In this document: positions 25,023-38,170 of the stretch, one piece after another
Layout: every line of letters begins with the position of its first letter
How positions within the stretch are numbered: the stretch's first letter is position 1
DNA from: Camelus dromedarius
Lineage: Eukaryota
Length of the DNA: 64,000 nucleotides
Assembly: GCF_036321535.1 (NCBI RefSeq)
Contig: NC_087447.1
Span: forward strand, 32,180,001 to 32,244,000
Direction of reading: 5' to 3'
Notes under the pieces: model-generated
The model's database searches: none
What the model saw: only the letters and a program-made list of their open reading frames with translations
What the model was told of the DNA's origin: nothing
Translations under genes and position numbers: made by a program

Positions 25023-25824
25023 GATAAACTGGGAAGTGACGACTATGCTAGCTTTTACAAATTATTTGCAATTACCGCATTTTGAATTATTTTTTAACTG
25101 AATCAAATAAATAGACCTCAAGTACCATTCAAGCTTTAAAACTGAGATGAAAGTCCCATATTTCTTCCATTACACTGTGATCAGTTCCTTCATACCTCAG
25201 TCTCCTCCATTCCTCACCACTAGGTCCTTTGCCATCATGTCCAAGTCTTCAGTCAAACCTCACTGAAATCCATAGCAGTCAGATGGTTGAAGTCAGAGGT
25301 CTTAGAAAATTCACCTGCAGGTGATTAGCTAAAGTAATCTGCAAAAGTAAGATATTTCACTGCCTGCTACATAATGTTTCTCCAGCCCCAGCCCCTGTAA
25401 AAATAAAATATCTTTAATGGAAGCCAACTCATTACCCCATAAAATTACTACAACACATGTGCTTGAAAATATAAGGCAGATATTCTTAACTTGGCATTCC
25501 ACAGTCAACCACAGAAATGTTCTCCAAGAAATGATTTCATTTTGTTGGTTTTATATTTAAAGTCACATTTTTGGCAGGCAACCCCGAAGACAAAATTTTG
25601 AGAGCACACTGGCTGGTGGGAAAGAACTTAAACTTTTGGTTCTTCTCCTCAATTGTTTGAATAGTTCACCCGTCCTGTGTACCTGACATAACGCTCTGGG
25701 AGCCAGGCATGGTGCTTTCTAGCTGCAGGTCTCTTCCTGCTAGCTTTTCCCCTGCTCTCCATACTCAGTATAGTTTATCACTTTAACACACATATGTGGG
25801 GTTATTAAACAGTTCACATCTGAA

Positions 25825-26030
25825 TTGCTACTTTGGCATTTAATAGTAGTACGAATTTGGACATACTTTGCCTAAGTTTCCTCATATATAAAATAAGTAT
25901 TACAATAACATCTATCTCACAAAGCTGTTATGAGGATTGAATGAGTGAATACATTAAAGTTCTTAGAATAATGTCCAGCATGTAGTATGAAGTAGTTCAT
26001 ACTAAATAATAGTAGCTATTATTAGTGTCA
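25825..26030 (+). mobile_element. MIR SINE
   Basis: gcctaagtttcctcatatataaaat...gctgttatgaggattgaatgagtgaatacattaaagttcttagaataatgtccagcatgtagta. Confidence 0.75.
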
Positions 26031-27019
26031 TCCTGATGGATAACAAGAATGACCTAAATGAGCCTACAAGATGACTCCCCAAAGTGATCTTTTAAAATTA
26101 GAATAAAAGCATTTTGTAGAAGTATGTGTGAAGGTAGATACTGGTAGAATGAGGGACTCAGGAAGCTGAGTCATCATGGAATATTGTCTGGGATTCAAAC
26201 TCACTATTTCCTCTTAGGGATCATGCAGTTTTAGAGAATAGAATCTTATCTCAAACAATTATTTCATTTTACAAAGGGAAAACAGATATTTGAGTTAATC
26301 CAAGGTTACTTAAGTAATTAGTGAGCAGCTGAAATTATAATCCAAGTTTCCTGAGCTCTGATGCAGTGATCTATTTTCACTATATCAAGGCAAGAAACTG
26401 TCTTCACTCCCTCTCAGCTGAGACTGGGAGGAGAAAGAGACAAGTAATCTGACATAGGTTTTGAATCCCGTACCTGCTTACAAAAAGCCCATTCCAACTC
26501 ATATTTACTTAATGCAACATCTTGAAACGTTAGTGATCTCTGGGCTTAGATCGCTGTAACTGTTTATTCAGCTGATTCTCTATCTCCATTTCTTATAGTG
26601 AAATATGAAACTTAAAAAAATGGTGTTTTGTCAGCTTGAAATCTTCAATATAGGCCAAAAAATGTCAGAATTAGGTTTCCCCATTTGGAGGCCAAATTGA
26701 CAATCTCATCTTGTTCCTGTTCCCATCTTTGCTGCAGGAGTACAACTACTGATTTCTGAACAATGTCTAGCACCGTGATATACATTTGTATAGCGTTTTC
26801 ATTCCCCAGAGTGCCTTCATCATCTCACTTAAGCTTCCCTACAATACTTTATCCTCAACAGCTCTCCCCAGCTTGACTGATGAGGAAATCAAGACTTAGA
26901 AGGAATTCAGTGACTCTCTCCCAAGATCACATAATGATTGAAGAGGAACCCTGATTAAAAAATAAACAAATGATCACCACCACCAACGACAACTAAACAA
27001 GTGTTCTGAGTCTTTCCCT

Positions 27020-27860
27020 CTTTCATTCAGTTATTCTACTAAACATTAATGTGTGCTTTCCATGTGTACTGAAGATACAGTGGTAAAGAAAAAATCAAAG
27101 TCTTTGCTTTTTTTTCTTTTTATTTTATTAAGTTATTTTGCATAGTTTGAGTTGAGGAATAGACCTTAACTCAAAGAGTGATGATTTTTATTATTGTGAA
27201 TAAATTCTATCTGCTTTATACTTTATTCACAATTAGTCCAAGCATAATCATGTGACACAGTTCCAGCCAATGAAATGTTTATCAGGTTTGCTGGAGGTGT
27301 CTGAGAAAGTTTTTCTCATCTTCAGTTGTGTGGTATCAACAAAGAGCCTATAGCTCAGGTTTCCTGAGAACCATTTTACAATCATGGAGGGAACCAGTTT
27401 TAGAAGGAAGGTGACACGATGGAGGCTGGAGTGGAGAAAAGGAAAGAACCTGTTGAAGTATTAAGCCTGAAACTCACCCGACTCGGGACCTCCTCTCATG
27501 AAATCTAATGTCTCCTATTATTTAAGTGGGTTTGAGCCACATTTTTTTAACTTGTATGTGAAAGCAAATGATACAGAAGGCTGGATGGTCAGGTAAGACT
27601 TTTGTGAAAAGTTGGCATTTGAGCTGAAAAATTAATGATGAGAAGGAGTCAACTGCCCAAAGATCTGGAGGATGCGGAAACAGCAAGAAAAAAACCATAA
27701 GGAGGAAAGAAATAATTTTCAGTTTTTCTTTTTTTTTTGAGGGACAGAAGAAAGTGTGTGGCCACTCTCAAGTGAATAAAGGGAAGAATAGGATGGGAAA
27801 AGATCAAAAGGTAGACAGGAGTAGGGTCATGTAGAGTTTTCTAGGCCACAGTAGGGTTTA
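27020..27860 (-). mobile_element. L2 remnant interrupted by a plus-strand old MaLR LTR (~27215-27575)
   Basis: L2 motifs ttcattcagttattctactaaacatt and ggcatttgagctgaaaa...gagaaggagtcaact; MLT1-like catgtgacacagttccagccaatgaaatg...gaaagcaaatgataca. Confidence 0.55.
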
Positions 27861-30737
27861 AACCAAAATTTACACAGAATCACAACATCTTTTCTTTGAG
27901 AGATATAGTAGGAATGCAATTTTTGCTGCTCATTCTTTCTGAAGTTATAAATTTTTTATGACACCCATGGCCATGAGCACCTCAAATATTCCCTAGCCCC
28001 CTCAGCCTTTTGGGAGCTAAGATTGTCACCTCAATTTTGAAGATTCTAAGTTATACAATTATGACTGGGGAATATACATCCTTCTTAGGGTTATAAGTGC
28101 CCATAAGCAAGAATATGGGCAGAAAAGCTGTGGTGTCAAAGAATTAATGAAAGACAGATGGAAAAGTCAATGAGAAAATCAGTATCTCAAAACCCAAATT
28201 TCTGAGCATACAAACAATTTTGCTTCAAGGTAACTTCCAAATATCAAGAGCAGAATGGAGAATGAGAGTGTTAAACTGTCATGACTTATCTTCATAGTTT
28301 GTTTAATAACCATGAAGTTGCCTGTAAATCCTTAACATATTGTAAAAACAGTTGTTCCTTACTTTATATCATCTGTAGAGCACTTTTGTGTACTTATTCT
28401 ATTTCAAACCAATATTTTAAACCTATCTTCCTCAATAGACTGTAAGTTCATTCAGCAGTTTTTGATAAAATGTTTATATAAAGGAAGGACTCTCTCCTGT
28501 TTTTGAATAATTGCAGTTTGTTACCTAGCTTAGAAATTTGACTGCTGTCATAGTTTCTGAACTAATAGGTTCTTCATTCATCACATAGAAACAACTGTTC
28601 TAAATTGCAAAAATTTGTCTAAAAATACTCTTTCACATTATTCTTCAAATATTAGTTTCTTTAAAGAATCAGTTCCTGGCACCCAAAATTCGATTTTGAT
28701 GCCCTTCCTATGTGTTCCCTGAGCAACCTGGTTCATATGATTCAATTTAAATGGCTCAGTCTTTTTCTGGCATACACACGACACATGTTGGGTTGGGTTA
28801 ACTAACAAAAGAATTGGTGACATCCAACTCCCCCCACCATTGCCAAGCTCTTACCAGGAAGTTAATCAATAAAATAATGTGCACCATATATCTTTGATAC
28901 AATAATAAATAGAGATGCATGTTGCCAACATTTGTAAAGTAGCATACATTGTGCTAAGGGCATTTGCACGTAATTATTTCATTTCATCCTTAAGACCTTT
29001 GCCTTCAAATCCAGTGATACTTCCTCCGTTGTTTTCTAGGTCCATTTCCAGCCTGAGGCAATAAAAACTGAAACTCAAACTCTGAAGGGTTCTGGAAATA
29101 AACACATATTTTTTAAACATCTCACTTAAGTTTACATACTCTGCTCATTAAGCCTAAGAACTCCTTGAGAGGAAGGGAGATTACTCATCTAGGTTAGGGT
29201 CCTTAGCCTCCTACTGTCATGGCCGGCACAAGCTATGTATCCAATAAAAGGCCAGTTGAATTTAAGACAGGAGGATCATTCCTTCAGGAAGATTTTTCAA
29301 CAGTAGAACTACATATATAAGAAAAAATAGCTTGTTTTCCAGCTAAATCAAAACTTTACTTGATATTTCTCTCCCTCAACTCTTCTGCTTAATCCAAGAT
29401 TTTACTGAAAAAAAAAAAAACCCATGAATTAAAATCAGGTTCTTGTGCACATTCTAATATTTTTAGTTTCTCTTTTGTTTCCTTATTAATAGCGATGAGG
29501 TCAGCTGTATTTTTATGTTTAAAATTGAATATATTATCATGTTTATCCTGCTATTTGCTGGACATTTTAACAAGCAAACTTGATTCATCACCAAAATTTT
29601 AACAGATGTTCTTGCAGCTGCTGGGTGATCTTGGGTGAATCAAGACTAGCTCCTATAATTAATTCTGGAGGCTGTATACCTGTCAAAGAGAAATTGCAAA
29701 TGACTTAATGTCTGGAAGAATGTCAGTGTCCAGGCTATCATTACCTGCCAGTAAGCAGCCTCAGTCTCTCTCTTCTGTTCCATGAGGTAAAAAGGAAAGA
29801 TTCTGGATGTTTCTTCATGTTCCCCATTTTCAGAGATAAAAATTACTATATTATCGAGGTCTCAGTTGGCTCCACAACTGATATATTTTAAAGCATGTGT
29901 TCACTTTTATTTAAAATATCATTGTACCCTTAAACAAATTTAGTGCACTTTTAAAAATCCTTAGGAGTGTAGGTTTAGATTTTTGTCATTATTGGGTTAT
30001 TAGACATTTAATAAGGTAAAATGAGATTTTTTTTGCTTCATTTTAAGCAAACGAAGATATAAAAGCTGCTGCCATTTTCCCTGATTCATTAAGTAGTTCC
30101 TTTTATACAAAGAGAAAAGAATTCACCATCAAATGTCTGTACTTCAATGTCAACAGTCAGTTCACAACCAAAAGAGAAATGAATCATGATTTACATGGAA
30201 CTTGCACGTTTGGATCTCATTCTGAATTCACCTCTAGAATTCCTTCTGAAATTTGAGCCAGTCATTCTGAGAATATCATTTGTGATCTAAATGATGAAAA
30301 TAGTATGTTGCTGTTAGTTTTGCCCCCCCCCCCCAACTTTGGAAGGCCATCTCTGGCTTCCTGAGGAATACAAAGCAGCTCAAGTCACCTCACTGCAGGC
30401 TGAGACTCTCTGCCCTAAAGCCAGCCCCAAGGCCAGGATTGTACTGTTGCAGGCTCTTATAAGCAACTCTCTAGTTAAAGTGGCCATTTGTATATTTCCT
30501 TCAGGCCTTTAATTTTTATTTGTTTAACAGTGCTGCCCAGAATTGTTTTTTATTGTTGCTGTCAGGCTTTATATCTGGGAAGCCGCATTGTCTGCCTCCT
30601 TTGAAACGACTCTGTGTCTCCCAACAGTAAGCTTTGTGGCTGCCTTCCTGTCCTCCAAGATGGGCAGGCACATGTCGCATGAGAGCCCTAACAGGTATAA
30701 ACAGACGAAGAGATCAAGCCTGTACCGACCCCTCCGC

Positions 30738-30900
30738 CATAGAATCATGGGCTTTACGGGCCTCCCAGGATCACCTCGCCCAAGTCTTCACTGTACAGAT
30801 GGAGAATTCTGAGGACCACGTTGAGTCAAGCACTTTTGCAAGAGCACAGTTAATTAGTCAGTTAGAAACCATGTTTTCTCGCTCCCGGACTTCTTCCTAA
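30738..30900 (-). mobile_element. MIR3-like SINE remnant
   Basis: catagaatcatgggctttacgggcctcccaggatcacctcgcccaagtcttcactgtacagatggagaattctgagg. Confidence 0.6.
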
Positions 30901-30998
30901 ATCGGTTTGCCCTCCGATCTTCTCCTTGCCATTCTTGTGCTCTCCTGGGACGGGCTGGCCTCTGCCAGTCTCCGCTGTCTGTTGGCTTCCACTGGTTC

Positions 30999-31017
30999 AG
31001 GCCACTAGGAGGCGCTG
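30999..31017 (+). promoter_or_regulatory. CTCF-binding motif
   Basis: AGGCCACTAGGAGGCGCTG versus the consensus TGGCCACCAGGGGGCGCTA; the CCAC-AG-GGCGC core positions are kept and the CpG is retained. Confidence 0.65.
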
Positions 31018-31147
31018 GGGGAGGAGTGGAGGGCTGGAGAAAGGGTGGTCCCAAGAGAGTCTTAACAATATCCATGAATGGTAAAGGCATAACATTTTAT
31101 CTTTTGTCCATGAGCATGATGATTAAAATCAAGATTTAGCCTTTCTG

Positions 31148-31370
31148 CCAGGGGTGGAAAAGGTCACATAAATAAATAAACCAGGCCCAGTGGGCACCAC
31201 GGAGAGCACTCAGCCCTAAACGGGACAGGCGATCACACAGTTCCAACAACTACTGTCATGTGAAAAAGCTGGCTTATGTTGCCAATGATTCTGGTATTTT
31301 TTTTATTATTATTATTATTCAAAGGAGACATCTAGAATTGTAAGTGAAATTTTCTTATGTCTGAATGATA
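31148..31370 (+). mobile_element. MER103-like hAT-Charlie fossil
   Basis: ggagagcactcagccctaaacgggacaggcgatcacacagttccaac...tgtcatgtgaaaa...tgttgccaatgattctggtatttt...gtgaaattttctt. Confidence 0.55.
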
Positions 31371-32476
31371 GAGAATACTGAATATTTTACTTTTCGTACT
31401 ATAGCGGCCAAACACAACCTAGCGGTGGGAGGAATCTGGCAAACAGTTTGCGGTCCTGGCTCACCCGAGGAGGAGGAGGAGGAAAGCTGCATTTAAAGGA
31501 GTCACAATGACGAGCAGAGTTGGAGCAACTATGAGTAGTTCCCCCATTCCTGCCCTCTTCATCCACTGCTTGGTTATTTCCAGTCATCATTTTCTCTTGC
31601 TAACTCATCTCAGCGCAGTTCCTTAAATAGTCCACGTCACCGGGTGTATGTAAACACAGACCAAGAATGACCCCGCAGAATTTGTGGGAGTGAAGAGGGC
31701 AGGGTTTGATAAAGAACACGGAACTGAGTGGCTAAAGAGCAAACAGACCCTGTTGTAAGAACAGGGCATGCCTTCGGTTTTTATCTACAAATAAACCCTG
31801 GTGAGGAGCTTTGGGGTTCCTCTCGGTTCTGCGATGATGACAAATTCTCTGAGGAACCGACTCCAACCCATTAAGCAAGCTTGCCCCTGCCACCGTGGCT
31901 GTTAATTTGACAGGACATTGTCACATTAAGTAGAACAAACATGTTGTCGCCCAGTCGGCCATCCAGAACCGACATGGCTGTTACTCTCACAACTGGATAT
32001 TGATTAGAATCACTCACCCCTTTTGACCCTCCGCTGGGAGGCGGAGACCGAGCTGGGGCTGATTGAGGATTTGCTTCTTTGGCACACATGGGTAGCATGT
32101 TAAGGGTAGCCACCAATTTTAAGCCGTTTAGCTCCTTGTGTTCATCCTTCAGACACTGTCTGGTTCTCATTTTCATCAGTCGAGCAATAGACACTGAATA
32201 AATCATAGTGTTTATTAATTTTATGGATCTGCACATCCATCTTGGAGGGCTGTTGTTTTAAGCACTTAAAGTGATACAAATGCAAAACATCAGAAGACAC
32301 AGAAAAGAATTCTATAAAAAGTCCAGAGGAGACTCAGAAATGTGAAATCCCTTGAATTTTAAAAGGGAGGAGGGACTCTGGACTCTTTAATCTGTGTAAT
32401 TGGGAGACATTCACTTAATTTTCAAATGACCAACCTGGTCATATTTTTTGTGTAAGTATGTTTGCCAGATATACTC

Positions 32477-32657
32477 CTTTTTTTTTTAAATTGAAGTGTA
32501 GTTGATTTACAATATTGTGTTAATTTCAGATGTACAGCGTAGTGATTTGTGAGGTTTTTTTCAGATTATATTCCATTGTAGGTTATTACTGTGCAGTACA
32601 GTAAATCCTCATTTCTTATCTACTTTGTGTATAGTAGCTTTTGGGATTAACAGTTAC
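32477..32657 (-). mobile_element. Short L1 3' end with micro-inversion
   Basis: Poly-T, then aattgaagtgtagttgatttacaatattgtgttaatttcagatgtacagc... (antisense L1 end), then ~18 nt tttgggattaacagttac in sense orientation. Confidence 0.8.
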
Positions 32658-32938
32658 CAGATAATGCTCTTAAAGTCTTCTATAAATCAAATTCACTGAG
32701 AACAGAACTGGTATTTAACTTGTTTTTAATTTTGGGTTATTTTAAACCTGCTTATTACTATGTATAACTAAGATTTAGCAGAGCTGGCTTTTCATCCAGT
32801 AATTGATTTATCATGATAAAATTTAACCTGGGCAATTGCTACGCTTTCATTTACCTGTGCCTATGTGTCAGCCAGATCTTATTTTGTGCCCTGCTCTAGA
32901 ATCTCCTGGTTGAAAAGGACCTTAAAAGACGTTTATTC

Positions 32939-32940
32939 AA

Positions 32941-32971
<31 letters not shown>

Positions 32972-32980
32972 TATATACAC
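32939..32980. repeat. Compound (AT)n(AC)n microsatellite
   Basis: atatatatatatatatacacacacacacacatatatacac. Confidence 0.9.
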
Positions 32981-33748
32981 TTTATGTTTGCTGGACCCCA
33001 CACCATAGCATATCAAGCCCCCTCATCATCTTTATTTTTTCCAAGATGCTTTTCAGTTTTTCACTATTCAAGCCTGTGACCTCCCAAAACTTGAGAAGCT
33101 TGTGTCACTTTTTCTGGCTACTCTTTCTATTAATGTAGACAAAAATCCAATGCCTCACAAAAATTATGCATCTTAAAGCACAAAACAATCCTCAGTTAAA
33201 CCAGTGAAATTAGACGGATATGTGGTAGAAAAATATAAGTTTTTGTACTTTTTCTTCGAATCGCTTCTGATTTTAATGTTTCATTGCTTCTTTCAAATAT
33301 ACTTTTGAGGACCTAGTCTTGCATCACATTGGTCTAGACATTGTATGAAATGCTAGATAAGGCAGAGTCCTTCCCCAAAAGAGTTCATGTGTGATTGCAT
33401 GGAGGACACATTTAGAAAATAACTTCTTTTGCTTATCTCTTTAACTCCCTTCGCTAGATCATCAGCTCCGCCAAGGCAGGGTGCTTTGTTCTGCTGTCTC
33501 CTCAGTGCCTGTAACAGTGCTTGGCACATAGCAGCTGCTTTGAAAATATTGATTGGATGAGGGAGTTAATTAGAAGGAGAAGACAAAATATCAAAATTTA
33601 ACTAAGTGTTAGATTGTGTGATAAAGACTGTAAGAAAAATAGAAACTCTGCAGAGAGAGAGCTCAACATGGTCTGCACGTAAAAGCTGACGGGTCACTTT
33701 GTCGTGTAATTTAACTTCTCTAAAAGAAGAAATCCTGTTTATAGTCTT

Positions 33749-33921
33749 TAGTGTTTCTCACCTACATCAGAACCTTCTAGCTCACTCAGTAAAAACCAGA
33801 GATTCCTACACCCACAAATGATTTACTGAATCAGAAACTCCAGATGCCACGCCCAGAAGTATGTCTTCAGCAAGCAGTACAAGTGAAACTCTCCCACCCT
33901 CAAATTTGAAAACTACCACTC
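33749..33921. mobile_element. MER5-like hAT MITE
   Basis: tagtgtttctca...catcagaacc...gatttactgaatcagaaactcc...tcaaatttgaaaactaccact. Confidence 0.6.
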
Positions 33922-33934
33922 TCAAGAAAAAGTG

Positions 33935-34170
33935 ACCCAACCTCTATGTAAATACCTCTAGGGATGAAGAAATCACACCACCACAGGCCAGCTTTTAGCT
34001 TTGCTAGCTTTGGTGGCTGGGGGAAAAAAACAGCTATCAAGCTGCAATCTGCCTCTTATAATTTCCGATCATTGGTCCCAGCTGCATCCTTTAAAGAAGG
34101 ATGGAACAAATTGTATTTTTTCTTGTCCACATGACTGCTCTTCAAATGTGTGAAGTTTCCTATAAAATCT
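33935..34170 (-). mobile_element. CR1/L3 LINE fossil
   Basis: aaatacctctagggatgaagaaatcacacc...aatctgcctcttataatttccgatcattggtcc...ccacatgactgctcttcaaatgtgtgaag resemble antisense L3 motifs. Confidence 0.5.
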
Positions 34171-34574
34171 TTTCTTTAAGCTAGACATTTATTAGATGCT
34201 TTTATTTTTGTTGTTGCTCTTTGGCAGAACTATCTATGTCTCTCAGTCACTCCAGGATTCTCAATCTGTCGCCAGGCTACCCGGCATCCAGAGTACAGAA
34301 TAAGGGATCGAGACTCTGCAGATAAACCTCTCTTCCTGCCACTCCAAGCAAAACAGCCCACCACAGCCCCACTCCTCATCCACACCTGAAACCACACTAA
34401 GTGCCTCCCACCCCAGCCCTTGATGCTGAATTTCAACAGACTCCTCAGAAGGAGACAAGGGGAACTTGTCTCATAGATCATGGATTCTCATCTCCACACT
34501 ATTCTTGGCACTCTACCTGACAAGTTCCATACTTCTCAATATCTGTCTTAAAATGTGTCTCCCAGAACAGACTA

Positions 34575-34810
34575 GAGAAGTGGTCAAGCTGCAAGTCTGA
34601 ATTAGACTTAACCCCTAATTAGCTCTGCAACCTTGGGGGATTATTGTTCAAGCTTTCCTAGCCTCCATTTGTTTGTTCCATAAAACAGAGTGGTAAAATC
34701 AGGGGTTTATGCGTGTGTGTGTGTGTGTGTGTCTGTGTATATATATATATATATTTTCAACATAGTGCCTGGTAATAGTGAGTTTTCAGTAAATGTTGAC
34801 TACTATTACT
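34575..34810 (+). mobile_element. MIR SINE containing a (TG)n(TA)n microsatellite (~34710-34755)
   Basis: agctctgcaaccttgggg...agcctccatttg...aacatagtgcctggtaatagtgagttttcagtaaatgttgactactatta. Confidence 0.65.
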
Positions 34811-37789
34811 ACCCTCCTGGTAGAATGAGAATATTACTTTCCAGCAATCCTGAAAGTGTTTAATTTTTTATTTATGGCCCTGTCTCCTCTTGCAGATGGT
34901 GAACGTCTCAGGGCAGGGACCACATCTGACTTATCTCTAGCTACAGCTGCTAAAGGGCCACTGGGGAGAGCTCAAATAATCCAATACTCTCCAAATAAGT
35001 TTTCAACCTTTCCAGTACTTTGCATCTGGCCAACGCTGTACTTTGTGCTTCTAAAACGGGCCAACCCGAAGTCACACAACTCTGTGGGCAACCAGTTTTG
35101 AAAAGCCACCATCTTGGTAATTGTCTTAAATCCAGCTTCCCTGCCCTTTGCCTTGCCTTTACGCTGAGTCTGTGTCCTCTCATCCTCTTGCTAAGTCACA
35201 AAGTTTTAGTTCTGCACCCACCTTGTGGACACAAGGATGAGACTGGAGCTTGCTCTCTGATTCTCCCTGCTTCTGACCCCTGGGTGTACCTACCCTTCCT
35301 GCCTTCGCTGCAGTCCCCAGAGCCTAGAGCTTCACTCTCTGCTGGAATCTGGCTAGCACTCCCGCCGTGACCGTCCTATCCCCCCACAGAAGAGCAAAGC
35401 AGGAGAATGAGAAATGCTGTGATCCAGGGTTGGCTACACATCAGTCTGATCAGCCTCACTATGCCACTTTGGTTTCAACTGTTGCGCTACGCAGATCGAG
35501 GGTGAGAGTAACACATCGTTGATATTTCGTTGCACGATTAGTAATGAAGTGCCGATATAGCATGTTCAAGAAAACATGGGGTTTGTGTAGGTAAATCCCA
35601 GAAAATTTCATCCGCATCAGCTCTTAGAGGTCAGAAGGGATGATGATGCTATCAGGTCTTGAAAGCAAACCATAGGTGCTGAGTTTGACCTCCTCTGTCT
35701 TTGTGGTGGCGGCCCAACACCCAATCAATCTTAGAAAAGGAGAGTGATGCTTTGCACAGAAGAGGCTGGTGCAATTCGGCTGAGTGGGCGGGTTGATGGA
35801 AAGTGACTCTGGCACTGCTGAGTTCAAATGGAATTAAGGATTCATGAGCACGCGGCGCAGGCAGGCAGGCAGGCAGAGCGCCCTGGGTGAATACCGAATG
35901 AGTCACAAGGGAGACCCGGCAGGGCTTTGAGTCCCAAATAAGCAAAGAATTGCTTCTTGATGATGCCAAACTATAAATATCCTCACCTCAGAAAACCAGG
36001 TTCTCCTTTTACAACATCAGGAATGAGCACACAGGACCAAGCGCGTGTGTTACAGACAACCAGAACGCTTTCTGTAAACAACGTTGCTGCTCTGAAGCCA
36101 TCTTGAAAGAATATTGAACAGATTTTTCCTAAGCTATTATTTTAATGGTATTTTAATCATACTAAAAGTCGTGGTTTAAAGCAAGTCTAGCTTCTATGGA
36201 CCACTTATCAGGTGGTAAAATTAAACACACGTTCTCTGGTCCTGCTCTGAGTCTGGTTATGGGATTTTGAATATTTACGTCTCCCATGTCATAAAAATGA
36301 CAGTGTGTTTCAGGTCTGCCTGTGACCCTTATCTCTCTAGCCCCTTAAATGCCTTCAAATTTCATCTTTTCAATGGAGGACAGAAAGCAGGGGGATAGCA
36401 GTTGTATTTTTGCCAGAATTTTCTTAACAGCATTGAAACGAGTGTGTTCAGAATGCTTGGGTTTATCCCTCACTGCAGGACCTAATGAATTCGCGCAGAT
36501 CCTGCTCACAACCTAGGAAGGTGTTAATTGCTACATCTTCAAGACCCTTCCAATTCTGCAAGGGCAGATGGGCCCTAGTTTCAGCGAAGCAGTGCCCAAA
36601 TAAATTGCCCAAAGAGAAGAGGCTGAAATCCTGCTTATGATCCAATCTGTTCTCTATTCACTGTGTGCCCAGGAGGAAGTGGCATACCTTAGCACTGGAA
36701 CTATGTGCATAAATGCTGTAAGTACCTACAGAGACACGTACATCCATAAACTTGTTACAGTGCTGGAGTCTAACCACTGCAGTTTTCAATATAATGTGTC
36801 AAACAAAGGGAAATAAACAAGAACTAATTTAGGGGAAATAAATTATGCATGTAGGGGCCTGGATCAACATGGCTGTAGTAGATTCTAATATTTGGAAGCT
36901 GATTAAACCAAAGCAGGTCTGGACGACGTGACCAGAATTCCATTAAAGCTGACTCCCTGCATTATCAAATGAGGGAAGAACTCATTTGCTTTCTCTGATC
37001 TCTTCCAGTTTCTGGCTGCTCTGTCTATGGTTCTTTGTTGACTCCAGGGAAGGAGGCAATGCTGCTGGCTACTTTGTGTTCCTATCTTTATAAACATCTA
37101 CTAAAAAAAAAAAAAAAAAATCCAGTACCTTACCAGACAAATGCAAATAAAATATTATCTATTTGATTAATCACAGCAATATCACAGAACATTCATCTTT
37201 TATGAAAAAGAATCATCTTTCCAGAATTTTCGGGGAGCTTTCATTGTTTTCCTCCATTTTCATGGTAGTATGAAGGAAAGCTCTGTTATATAAATCTAAC
37301 ACTTCTCTTTTCTTTGGATGTAATTTACACCATGTAAACTTCACAACTCCTTTTCAGTCCTTTAGAATTGCACTGTAGGGTCCTCATCTGGGATTTTTAT
37401 TACATAAATGAAACACTCTCAGAGTTTAAACTGAAGTATATATACTTTCTCTTCTCTGAAAAGAATTACAGCTTGGGCTACACAACACTGACATGTTTTT
37501 CATTCTTTCAATCTTCTCTCACAATATGCCTGTACATTAGAAACAGCTTTTGGCCTTACTGAAGTCCATCTGTGAATGGGACATGTATTAATGAAAAACA
37601 TTGTGTTAAGTGTTTTTCTTAGAGTAAAATCACCTGAAAAATGCCTTGGAATATGGGGATGAAAATAATAGAAAAATTAACATCTAAGAAAGTGAATACA
37701 ATACCGAAATAGCATTAAATGTCTCGAAAGTTAGTAAAAAAAAAAAAAATAAGCTCTCCTTGAGCATAGTGTTTATAGATTCAAGCCTA

Positions 37790-38170
37790 TAAGACCATCA
37801 TGCGGCCTCAGTCCATCTTCCCAGCCCTTCTTCCACTCTTGACTCCCTTCACTAAGCTACCTTTCTACCTATGTGGTTAGTATCACATCCCTGAAGGTAT
37901 GTATTTCATATCATCTTGACGTTGCCCATGCTATTTCCTCCATCGTCCCACCTTCCCACTCATTGTCTTCCTGATACAAGCTACTTATTCTCCAAGACTC
38001 AACTCAGATGTCACCTCTCCAGGGAAGCCCTCCTGATGCACACACTGTTGGACGTCTCCTCCTCGCTCAGCTCAAAAGACTGTCAGCCCCTGGCAAGCAG
38101 GCAAGCACAGCTCATCTGTGTTCCTCGGCCCCCAGTATAGTGACTGGCATCATCGGTGGATGAATGGATA
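37790..38170 (+). mobile_element. L2 3' fragment
   Basis: ctacttattctccaagactcaactcagatgtcacctctccagggaagccctcctga. Confidence 0.75.

Noticed and set aside
26155..26172. Perfect 7-bp hairpin gactcag-gaag-ctgagtc
   Set aside because: Stems this short are expected by chance; only its ARE-like half is counted elsewhere.
31764..31950. Canonical p53 response element
   Set aside because: Half-sites are isolated or overlapping; no tandem pair of decamers.
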